Assembly (NCBI GenBank): GCA_964016885.1
Contig: CAXHJY010000112.1
Coordinates: 1-64,000, forward strand
From: Eledone cirrhosa
Taxonomy: Eukaryota
Length of the DNA: 64,000 nucleotides
Direction: 5' to 3'
Below, piece after piece: positions 27,281 to 37,230 of the stretch; positions within the stretch are counted from its first letter, which is position 1, and the number at the start of each line of letters is the position of its first letter. The translations under genes and the position numbers were made by a program. Under the pieces are notes generated by a model. That model was not told where the DNA came from. It was given only the letters and a program-made list of their open reading frames with translations, and ran no database searches.

Positions 27281-27904
27281 TTAAAATAATGAAAGATACA
27301 TTGGACATTGTAGTCTCTGATATACAAAACACAGGATAGTCACAGGTGGAATGTCTTTGATCATAAGTATACTTGATCAAATCTTGTCTGGGGCTAAACA
27401 ACAACAATAGCATAAATATTGACCGACTATGCTGTCACCATATGTGAACTTCATATTACAAGTGTTTTCCACACTAACACAATTATGTGTGTGTATGTGT
27501 ATGTGTGGGTGTATGTGCATGCATATGTATATGTGTGTGTGCATACGTATATGTATAAGTCTATATTGATTGGCTATAAAAGTATCACACCAATAATAAA
27601 ATACGTCCCTGATAACAACAGAGTATGAAGCCACAATATATATATATAGGGTTGAGCTTATTGGATTTGTATGGATCATTATCAACTATCTTCATTTTCC
27701 ATGCTAGCATGGGTAGGATGGGATGTCCTGTTGTGAAAGATCCAGGTCAGAGGACCGTGTTATGCTCACACAGAACAGATTCTGGCTTGGTTTCTATGGC
27801 TGGATGCCATGCCAATATCAGTTCTGTGTGAGCAATAACATGGTCCTCAAACCTGGATCTCTCACAATGGGACAGCCCGCTATATATACATATATATATA
27901 TATA

Positions 27905-29447
27905 TAAGAGAGTATTGAAGTTTGCTTGAAGCATTGTGGAATAATAAATAAATATCTTTAAGTCGTTTGGAAGCCTCGACAATGCAAATGGGTAAATCTC
28001 CGGGTAACAAGATCCGGTGGTGGAGAGAGAGATGTAAGTGGGTGTACGTTGAGATGCGTGGTGTGTAAAGATGTGTAAATGTGTAGAGGAAAGAAGGGAA
28101 GAGTATAAAGGATAAAATAAAAATAACAACACAAGAGAGAGTTACCTTGGGAGAGATTTAATAGTCCCTATATATTTCTGATTCACATCCATCAACTGGG
28201 GATTTTTGTCCGGGGTAAAGGTTGTCTGTCGGACAGGTGCGAAACGCGTCCTCCACTGTTTGTTGTTTTGAATATCTGAGGTATTCGGCAGAGCGCGCGT
28301 GCACGTGAAATGGGGTCGGTCGGGCAGAGGTCAGCGGCCGAATGAGGGAGTGGGGTGGCGCTAGCTGTCAGTCCATTCTCTGCCTGTTTGTTAAATGTTA
28401 CTGTGTGTGTGTGTGCGTGTGTTGTTGTCTCGCTTGAGTGTGTGTGTGTGTGCGTGTGTAGTTGCCTTGTTCCTCTGTATTGGCAGTGTAGTATGTTCGT
28501 ATGGTGGAATGCTACTGTGTGTGTGTAGTTGTCTCGTTTGTGTGTGCGTGTGTTGTGTGTTGCTACATTGTTTGTTAACTTAAACCAGCCATCTCATTTC
28601 GCTTCTCTCTAATCGGTTGTTTATTTGCGGTTGCAGGCGTTTGATAAAAAGTGCTTCCTTGATACGTAACGTGCCGACGTTTCTTTCAGTCGCTAGAATT
28701 GTGACAATGGGCCTTCCGTCTTTGTTTCCGCATTTGTCTATGTGTTTCCAGAAAGACGAGGCCCTGGTTTTAGTGTGTTCCTTGATCCGGATGTGCAAAG
28801 GTCGGATTGTGCTACCTATGTAGTATTGGTTGCACCTGTCACATTCTATCTTATACACGACGTATGTGCGTAGGCAACAGTTCGCATGGCGTATCGGGCA
28901 GTCTCTGCGTCAGTAGATTTCCCAGGTTTCTTGGAGAGGCATCTTCGCAGGGAGGGGCCCGAGTGGGCCAGGTGGATGTCGAGGCCCTCCCTCCGTATAG
29001 CCTTGCGGATAGCGTTGGTGGTATTCTCGCCCAGATGGGGAATTTTAAGGAAGCACTTGCCTTGGGTGCCTCTCTGTCTCTTGTGTCTGGTGTCTCCTAT
29101 TCTGTCTGTGATCGAGGTAGGGTACCCGTTCGTCTCCAGCACCTCGAGGAATCGCTTGGTATGAGTGACACCACTCGCGGGATCGCTGCATCTGTTTTTG
29201 ATTCGCGCGATCTCGTTCGTGATGTATCCTCTTTTGGCACTGTTAGGGAGGGCGGACTTGTAGTGAACGAACAGGTCCCTGCAGGCTGCCTTTCGGTAGA
29301 AGTTGCAGTGGATCCTTCCCTGTTCCGTGATGTTGATTCGGAAGTCGAGGAGGGCAAGTGACCCGTCTTCGTTGGGGTGTTCAACACTGAAGTCAATGTT
29401 CTCGTCCGTGTTGTTGAACGTCTCATAGATTCTGTTCGCCGTCTCTT
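27905..29447 (-). mobile_element. Inverted, 5'-truncated arm of the Penelope-like element
   Basis: Reverse complement of about 31420-32917 extended through the ORF start (to 29711); only scattered substitutions and small indels. Confidence 0.96.
28165..28202 (-). ncRNA. Non-canonical hammerhead-like motif (copy in the inverted arm)
   Basis: TCCC-CAGTTGA-TGGAT GTGA ATCA-GAAA-TATATA/GGGA. Confidence 0.55.
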
Positions 29448-29681
29448 GGGACTATTAAATCTCTCCCAAGGTAACTCTCTCTTGTGTTGTTATTTTTATT
29501 TTATCCTTTATACTCTTCCCTTCTTTCCTCTACACATTTACACATCTTTACACACCACGCATCTCAACGTACACCCACTTACATCTCTCTCTCCACCACC
29601 GGATCTTGTTACCAGGAGATTTACCCATTTGCATTGTCGAGGCTTCCAAACGACTTAAAGATATTTATTTATTATTCCACA

Positions 29682-32024
29682 ATGCTTCAAGCAAACTTCA
29701 ATACTCTCTTATCCTTACACCTGAGCCAGGAATTGTTTGCATCCGTAAGGGAACTGTTTAGACTGTTGGAGAAATGGGCCAATGCTGGCTGTCAAATTAT
29801 TTTCCTGAAACGCTGCCTAAAAAACGATGTCATCGCCAACACCATCAGGAACATACGCTTACCAGTAAGCCTACGTACACCAGCTTTCCAAAACACCACT
29901 AACCGCATACATCGCACGTGTATTAAACAGATCCTGAGACATCTCAACCGCCAATTACACGTCCATAAGCGGACACTCTCAGAGCGGACACATCGACTGT
30001 CAATAACACCCGGCGACTTGCTCCTGAAAATCACTAAAGCAATCGACCAGTGCTACCACTCCAGAGTCCAATACCAGAAAAAACGGCTCAAGCGGAAATA
30101 TGAGTGGGTCTTGTCGAAACGCCACAACAGGAACATCGACACTAATGAACAGACGGACGAGAACCACGTGGGAAACAACAACTTAACAACCGCCACCGCC
30201 GCATCCACCAACACCGAGCCACACCTCAACGATGCGACGCACCTGGTCACCGACCTAACCGGCACTCTCACGAGCGACGAGCTGAAACTCCTACACCTCG
30301 GACCCAAGTTCATCGTCTCACAACGTCTCGACGACAGACTCAAACTCAACATCGAGGCCAACTTTTGTCGAGCCGCTTACCAACTTAAATGGGTGACCGT
30401 CATCAACAGCGCCATAGAAAATAACAGCGCCCACGCAACCCACCCCAAGTTCCCCACTTACCACCCCGACAACCCACTCCACCCCCCACCCACCAACCAC
30501 GAACTCGACACTAAACTCATCAGGCTAAAACACTCCATCTCGGATATACTTCACAAACAGACACGCACAACACATGACCTCACCAAATCTCAACTCACCA
30601 CTCTCTCCAACCTAAAATCGAAGAACCTCATCTATCTCCCCCCCGACAAGGGAAAAGAATTCTGCGTCATCAGCAGAGAGGCCTACAACACCCTGGCCCT
30701 CCAAAACCTTGACGATGACAACCTCTACTCCAAGGTCACGGGAATCACTCCCGCGCAGATAGAAGCGCACATCAACGCCGCCTGGACCAACATCTGCGAC
30801 CGGCGGAAGCTCCCGAAGAAGCTGAGATACAACCTCCTCACGAGGAACAGCAGACTACCCGCCTTCTACCACCTTGTGAAAACACACAAACAGGGACCCG
30901 ATCTGAAGATCAGGCCCATTGTATCGAGCGTGGAGGGACCACTCTACAAAATTTCATGGCTCCTAGCCAGAATACTCAAACCTATCTTAGACACCTTGCC
31001 GGGACACGTTAACAGCTCCGAGGAGGTGTTGAAGCGCCTGCATCAAATGGATCCCGACACCAGAAGGAATAACAGATATGCCTTCAGCCTTGATGTAGTC
31101 GCTCTCTACACCTCGGTCCCGGCACTCCCGGCCGTCAATATACTGATGGAACGCGTCAAATCCCCCGACTTACACTGCTTCGGGCTCACCACCACTGACA
31201 TCCACCAACTCCTATCCATCGTCGTCGACAACACCTACTTCGGATTCCTTGACCAAATATACCAACAAATCTCGGGATTGCCCATGGGATCAAGCCTATC
31301 AGGTGTGCTAGCGATCTCTTACATGGACAACCTCGAACGCAAGGCACTCAACGCCTGCCACCCCAACGCCGTAGCCTTTTTCTCAAGGTACACGGACGAT
31401 ATCCTCATCCTCACATCTTCCCAAGACATGGCGAACAGAATCTATGAGACGTTCAACAACACGGACGAGAACATTGACTTCAGTGTTGAACACCCCAATG
31501 AAGACGGGTCACTTGCCCTCCTCGACTTCCGAATCAACATCACGGAACAGGGAAGGATCCACTGCAACTTCTACCGAAAGGCAGCCTGCAGGGACCTGTT
31601 CGTTCACTACAAGTCCGCCCTCCCTAACAGTGCCAAAAGAGGATACATCACGAACGAGATCGCGCGAATCAAAAACAGATGCAGCGATCCCGCGAGTGGT
31701 GTCACTCATACCAAGCGATTCCTCGAGGTGCTGGAGACGAACGGGTACCCTACCTCGATCACAGACAGAATAGGAGACACCAGACACAAGAGACAGAGAG
31801 GCACCCAAGGCAAGTGCTTCCTTAAAATTCCCCATCTGGGCGAGAATACCACCAACGCTATCCGCAAGGCTATACGGAGGGAGGGCCTCGACATCCACCT
31901 GGCCCACTCGGGCCCCTCCCTGCGAAGATGCCTCTCCAAGAAACCTGGGAAATCTACTGACGCAGAGACTGCCCGATACGCCATGCGAACTGTTGCCTAC
32001 GCACATACGCCGTGTATAAGATAG
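29682..32024 (+). CDS. PLE reverse transcriptase (780 aa from first ATG)
   Basis: LGPKF, PDKG, KTHK..IRPIVS, SLDVVALYTSVP, YQQISGLPMGS, RYTDD, LLDFRI, YRK; ATG in ACAATGC context. Confidence 0.93.
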   Translation: MLQANFNTLLSLHLSQELFASVRELFRLLEKWANAGCQIIFLKRCLKNDVIANTIRNIRLPVSLRTPAFQNTTNRIHRTCIKQILRHLNRQLHVHKRTLSERTHRLSITPGDLLLKITKAIDQCYHSRVQYQKKRLKRKYEWVLSKRHNRNIDTNEQTDENHVGNNNLTTATAASTNTEPHLNDATHLVTDLTGTLTSDELKLLHLGPKFIVSQRLDDRLKLNIEANFCRAAYQLKWVTVINSAIENNSAHATHPKFPTYHPDNPLHPPPTNHELDTKLIRLKHSISDILHKQTRTTHDLTKSQLTTLSNLKSKNLIYLPPDKGKEFCVISREAYNTLALQNLDDDNLYSKVTGITPAQIEAHINAAWTNICDRRKLPKKLRYNLLTRNSRLPAFYHLVKTHKQGPDLKIRPIVSSVEGPLYKISWLLARILKPILDTLPGHVNSSEEVLKRLHQMDPDTRRNNRYAFSLDVVALYTSVPALPAVNILMERVKSPDLHCFGLTTTDIHQLLSIVVDNTYFGFLDQIYQQISGLPMGSSLSGVLAISYMDNLERKALNACHPNAVAFFSRYTDDILILTSSQDMANRIYETFNNTDENIDFSVEHPNEDGSLALLDFRINITEQGRIHCNFYRKAACRDLFVHYKSALPNSAKRGYITNEIARIKNRCSDPASGVTHTKRFLEVLETNGYPTSITDRIGDTRHKRQRGTQGKCFLKIPHLGENTTNAIRKAIRREGLDIHLAHSGPSLRRCLSKKPGKSTDAETARYAMRTVAYAHTPCIR

Positions 32025-32290
32025 AATGTGACAGGTGCAACCAATACTACATAGGTAGCACAATCCGACCTTTGCACATCCGGATCAAGGAACACACTAA
32101 AACCAGGGCCTTGTCTTTCCGGAAACACATAGACAAATGCGGAAACAAAGATGGAAGGCCCATTGTCACAATTCTAGCGACTGAAAGAAACGTCGGCACG
32201 TTACATATCAAGGAAGCACTTTTTATCAAACGCCTGCAACCGCAAATAAACAACCGATTAGAGAGAAGCGAAATGAGATGGCTGGTTTAA
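31961..32290 (+). CDS. PLE Cys-rich linker plus GIY-YIG endonuclease (-1 frame relative to RT)
   Basis: RRDCPIRHANCCLRTYAVYKIECDRCNQYYIGSTIRPLHIRIKEH..KH..IKEALFIKRLQPQIN; the frame opens after TGA at 31958. Confidence 0.9.
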   Translation, partial: RRDCPIRHANCCLRTYAVYKIECDRCNQYYIGSTIRPLHIRIKEHTKTRALSFRKHIDKCGNKDGRPIVTILATERNVGTLHIKEALFIKRLQPQINNRLERSEMRWLV

Positions 32291-32668
32291 GTTAACAAAC
32301 AATGTAGCAACACACAACACACGCACACACAAACGAGACAACTACACACACACACACACAGTAGCATTCCACCATACGAACATACTACACTGCCAATACA
32401 GAGGAACAAGGCAACTACACACGCACACACACACACACTCAAGCGAGACAACAACACACGCACACACACACACAGTAACATTTAACAAACAGGCAGAGAA
32501 TGGACTGACAGCTAGCGCCACCCCACTCCCTCATTCGGCCGCTGACCTCTGCCCGACCGACCCCATTTCACGCGCGCTCTGCCGAATACCTCAGATATTC
32601 AAAACAACAAACAGCGGAGGACGCATTTCGCACCTGTCCGACAGACAACCTTTACCCCGGACAAAAAA

Positions 32669-32705
32669 CCCCAGTTGATGGATGTGAATCAGAAATATAT
32701 AGGGA
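32669..32705 (+). ncRNA. Non-canonical hammerhead-like motif at the pseudo-LTR boundary
   Basis: CCC-CAGTTGA-TGGAT GTGA ATCA-GAAA-TATATA^GGGA; predicted cut 32701/32702 matches the element 5' end at 29448. Confidence 0.6.
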
Positions 32706-32912
32706 CTATTAAATCTCTCCCAAGGTAACTCTCTCTTGTGTTGTTATTTTTATTTTATCCTTTATACTCTTCCCTTCTTTCCTCTACACATTTACACATC
32801 TTTACACACCACGCATCTCAATGTACACCCACTTACATCTCTCTCTCCACCACCGGATCTTGTTACCCGGAGATTTACCCATTTGCATTGTCGAGGCTTC
32901 CAAACGACTTAA

Positions 32913-32967
<55 letters not shown>

Positions 32968-32997
32968 ATCAAAAGATGGTTAAAAGAGTTCCAAGTA

Positions 32998-33064
32998 TTT
33001 TATTTTGCACATTTCAAAAACAAATATCATCATGGGATGATATCTGCGTTTTCATCAGATAAAA
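32998..33064 (-). ncRNA. Type I hammerhead motif (U16.1 mutated) in a short inverted PLE-like remnant
   Basis: TTTTAT-CTGATGA-16-bp stem II (AAACGCAGATATCATC/GATGATATTTGTTTTT)-GAAA-TGTGCAAA-ATAAAA; an intact 3' half GAAATGTGCATA-ATAAAA is on + at 33133-33150. Confidence 0.7.
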
Positions 33065-33346
33065 TAGGGATACAATATATGAAGCTTAAAAAACACTTGT
33101 GAATAATGAAGTTTTAAATCAACATTGTTTTTGAAATGTGCATAATAAAAGACTTGGAACTCTTTTAACCATCTTTTGATCTTATATTATTTATACTCCA
33201 GTCCTACAAACTGTAGAGTGCTACTTATCCGATATTTGCATTTCTTTATTGTGCTACAATAAAACTCATATATATATATATATATTAGAAAGTGAGGTTT
33301 TTTTTACAAAATGAAAAATAACCAAGGTGTCCTACACGAGTGAAAG

Positions 33347-34545
33347 TATAAAGAAAAAAAGATGAAATCGAAAATGCAACTGGAGTCTTATTTAAAAAAA
33401 TATATATATATTTATTTGGTTCCTTTACCGGTTTCGCAGTTCTTCTGCTTTTCAAAAGTAGAGTTGAGATGGAGGGTCTGTGGTTTTTCTCACATCTGGT
33501 TGGTCTTTGAATGTTACTTGTTTTATATGGAAAAAGTGGCTCGAAACGCCAGGTTTTTCGAGAAGTAATTTGATTGGTTGGTCAATAAGTATAATAAATT
33601 TCGCGCCAGTTTGCATTACAAAGTTCTTCAAACAAGTGGGGAGGGGCTTAGGTTGTTTTTTCATATATGAGTGTTTGAATTTCTTTTTACTTAAAACAAA
33701 GGGGCTCAAGAAGGCTTTTTTTTAATAATTGTAATTTGATTGGTTATAAATGAAATTATGCCAGTCACGTGAACAAGTTCATTAAATTTCGCACCTGTAT
33801 TTGGGAATTTATTTTGTAGCCTTTTAGAGAATTTTATGACAAACAAAAGATAATGGTCAAGAAAAACGGGATGGGAGAATTGTTCTGGTTCAGTGAATAT
33901 GGCTGGTTCGCTGGGGTGTCAGAATTCAGATTTTCTATTGAAATAAAGAAAGTAGATATATGTATGTTTATTTGTGTGCTTGTGTGTATGTGCGTGTGCG
34001 TGTGCGTAGGAAGATGATTCTATTAGTAGAAATGGGGGAGGGAGTTGTGTATGTGTGTATATGGGTGTTATGTGTGTGTGGGGGGGGGGTATGTTAAGAT
34101 GGAGAGAATATATATATTTTGTGTGTGTGTATGTGTGTAGGAAAATGATTCTATTAGTAGAAATGGGGGAGGGAATTGTGTGTGTGTGGGGGGGGGTATG
34201 GGTGTTATGTGTGTGTGGGAGTATGGTTAGCATGTTAAGATGAAGAGAATATATATTTGTGTGTGTGTGTAGGAAAATGATTCTGTTAGGAATATTTTTG
34301 AATGAACATATTTTCCTTACTTATTCGTATTTGTTCTGTGGTATTGTGAGCCATAATTTCATTTATAACCAATAAAATTACATTTATAAAAAAAAAGCTT
34401 TCGTGAGCCCCTTTTTTTTTAAATAAAAAGAAATTCAAGCACTCATATATGAAAAAACAACCTGTAAAGGAACCAAATAAATATATATATATTTTTAAAA
34501 ATAAGACTCCAGTTGCATTTTCGATTTCATCTTTTTTTCTTTATA
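33347..34545. repeat. Split inverted repeat flanked by (TA)n, probably a PLE remnant
   Basis: 33347-33432 pairs with 34460-34545; 33651-33768 pairs with 34347-34462. Confidence 0.7.
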
Positions 34546-34551
34546 TATGTA

Positions 34552-34584
<33 letters not shown>

Positions 34585-35982
34585 GCCCTTCAGGCTATAA
34601 CAGAGGAGTTCAAGACCGGCTGCTCATGGGAACTCCTATACGCAGATGATCTAACGCTCATAGCTGAATCAATGGCTGAACTAGAGAAGAAATTCCAAAC
34701 ATGGAAGCATGGCCTAGAATCAAAAGGCCTTAAAATTAACCTGTCTAAGACTAAAGTTCTAGTTTGTAGGAAGGAAAATAAGGCACCGGTCCCATCCGGG
34801 AAATGGCCATGCACAGTGTGTAGGAAAGGAGTAGGCAGAAACTCCATTTTATGTCCCAAATGCAAAGTATGGGTCATAAAAGATGTAGTGGGATCACAGG
34901 TAAGCTAACTAAGAATATAGATTTTATATATGGCCGGTGCTCTGGTGCAATAAGTAGCAGCAAGTGCCCACAGAATACTAGCTCATTCCATTGCACAGAT
35001 GGTTCTATAGAAATAGTGGACACCTTCCGTTACTTGGGTGACAAAATCAGCAGTGGTGGAGGGTGCTCTGAAAGTACAGCAGCTAGAGTCAGAACTGGAT
35101 GGAAAAAGTTCAGAGAGCTTATACCACTATTAGCCGCTAAAGGGTTCTCCCTAAAAATGAAAGGCAGGCTGTATGATGCCTGCATTCGAACAGCAATGTT
35201 ACATGGCAGTGAGACCTGGGCATTGTGTGCAGAGAATATATGCAGACTGGAGAGGAACGAAGCTTGCATGCTCCGCTGGATGTGTAATAGTAATATACGT
35301 GAACGGCAAAGCATAAATGAAGTAAGGGAGAAATTAGGAATAAGAGGAATCAGATGTTGTTTACTCGAGAGAAGACTACGTTGGTATGGTCACGTGATGC
35401 GCTGAAAGACGACAGCTGTATAAAAAAGTGCAGGGCAATAAAAATAGACGGTAGCCACGGAGTAAGCAGACCCAGAAAAACCTGGGACAACTTGATAAAT
35501 TCCAACCTCACACACTTACACCTCTCCAAGACAATGTCACTGGACCGAGATCTTTGGCGCTACACAGTAATACAGAAGACTCGCTTTACCTAAGTACAAA
35601 GTGAAACCTACTACAGTCAGTAGGCACCTCTAACAAAAATACACCCCCGTCCCACTACCCCCGTCCCATCCACACCACCCCTTTCAATGTAAAGTTATGT
35701 TGGTACCACAACATCCAGTCCGAAACAAATGAGGTTGTGTAGGTGTCACAACAAAAAAACACACAGTCCACGCTGTAATGTGGCCGTGTAGTTAACACGG
35801 TAAAAACCTCCCAGTTCCACACTGTAAACGTGGTTGGTGTTAGGAAGGGCATCCAGCCGTAGAAAACTAGCCAGACAGTCCTATGCGAGCAAGACAACCA
35901 CTCTTGCCTCAAGTGAGAACACTCTCATCCAAACACATGCAAGCGTGGAAGATGGACGTTAAACGATGATGATGTTGATGAT
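34585..35982 (+). mobile_element. RTE-clade LINE 3' fragment with a PHD-like zinc finger, frameshifted
   Basis: WELLYADDL..INLSKTKVL..KWPCTVCRKGVGRNSILCPKC../HKRCSGI..GRC..FRYLGD..LRWYGHV; (GAT)n tail. Confidence 0.92.
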
Positions 35983-36289
35983 ATAATTATTAAGGTTCCA
36001 ACCAGTGCCGATGGGAATATAAAAAATTGTCATTGCTATAAAAAGCACAATACATTCTCCAAGTCATCATAAAATTCTGTGTGTATATGTTATAGCTTAA
36101 TAGCTGTAAGATACTGTTTTGTCTTGTCTTTTACTCCATGGACAGTACTTTGGCTTAAAGATTTTCCTTTAAAAAATATTATTTTCGTTTTGCCTTGTTT
36201 TCATTTGTTGTCTTTTCTTTATTAATTTTATTATATATATATATATATATATTGTAACACAAACTTCAAAAAACCCGACAACCACCTGA

Positions 36290-36608
36290 TCACCTACCTC
36301 CCATGAGTACAAGCTGAAGCATATAGAAAATATGCCCCCACACCTTCCCACTGCAAGTAGGTCGTGGAGGTGCCACGGCAAAAAAGCACCCAGCCCACAC
36401 TGTAAAGTCGACGTGTAGGCGCCACGGAAAAAGCACCCAGCACTCACTGTAAATGACGTTGGTGTTAGGAAGGGCATCCAGATGTCGAAATCAAGCCAAA
36501 ATCAGTTCCTGTATGAGCAAGGCATGGTCAGCCGACCAGACACTGCCCACAACAGGACAACCCGTCTAACCCATGCTAGCATGGACGTAAAATGGTGATG
36601 ATGATGAT
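36290..36608 (+). mobile_element. SINE/RTE-tail fragment
   Basis: Reverse complement of the 24525-24840 family; ends (GAT)n. Confidence 0.75.
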
Positions 36609-36658
36609 ATATGGGACGTGTTTTTTCCTGCCAGCGACATATCAAACATATCGGATAT

Positions 36659-36746
36659 TCATCTGAGGATACCGTTCTCATAATCAACAGCAAATGCATG
36701 AAGGACATCTCGATTGCATGGATAACCGTGGAAATAATTATAATGA
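36659..36746 (+). ncRNA. Type I hammerhead ribozyme motif, core intact
   Basis: TCAT-CTGAGGA-long imperfect stem II (TACCGTT../..AACCGTG)-GAAA-TAATTA-TA^ATGA. Confidence 0.7.
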
Positions 36747-36999
36747 TTAAACGATATATGTAACCTCAGCATCTTATTTTGTTATTTACATATATATATA
36801 TACACATTAAGGATTTTCCACCATATGGCTATTGTTTTACTGTTTTGATAGCAAATGATAAAAACTTGCAATCAAAATGGTAAAAGCTTAACTGTAAGAC
36901 AGAAAACCTTATAATATCTACACTCTACTTTTCTTAAGTATAAAGTTCTAAGTGGCATAATGGCCTTTCTTGTCTTAAGTAGTAACATCTCATATATAT

Positions 37000-37230
37000 C
37001 ATCATCATCATCATCGTTTAACGTCAATCTTCCACACTAACATGGGTTTGACGGGAATTGTCCCAATTGAGGCAATATTGGTCGGGTGACCGTGTTTCGC
37101 TTGTATAGGACTATCTAGCAGGTTTTCTACGGCTGGATGCCCTTCCTAACACCAACCACATTTACAGTGTGGACTGGGCGCTTTTCACCATGTTACCTAC
37201 TCGAACACATTACAGCGTGGACTGGGTATT
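37000..37230 (-). mobile_element. RTE/SINE 3'-tail fragment
   Basis: (CAT)n, GGATGCCCTTCCTAACACCAACC and 48-bp-type unit. Confidence 0.75.

Larger units (their letters stand above)
29448..32917 (+). mobile_element. Full-length Penelope-like element (C-terminal endonuclease type, Cys-rich linker, Nematis/Neptune-like) with pseudo-LTRs
   Basis: Direct repeat 29448-29663 = 32702-32917; RT and GIY-YIG ORFs; the whole structure is flanked by (TA)n. Confidence 0.96.

Noticed and set aside
28196-28254. Antisense hammerhead in the PLE (CTGGGGA..GAAACGCGTC)
   Set aside because: Stem I does not pair and the base of stem II is mismatched; at most a remnant
31958-31960. TGA as selenocysteine, as in Naiad PLEs
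   Set aside because: Domain order is RT then endonuclease (not Naiad), the TGA is not in the RT frame, and no SECIS was recognised
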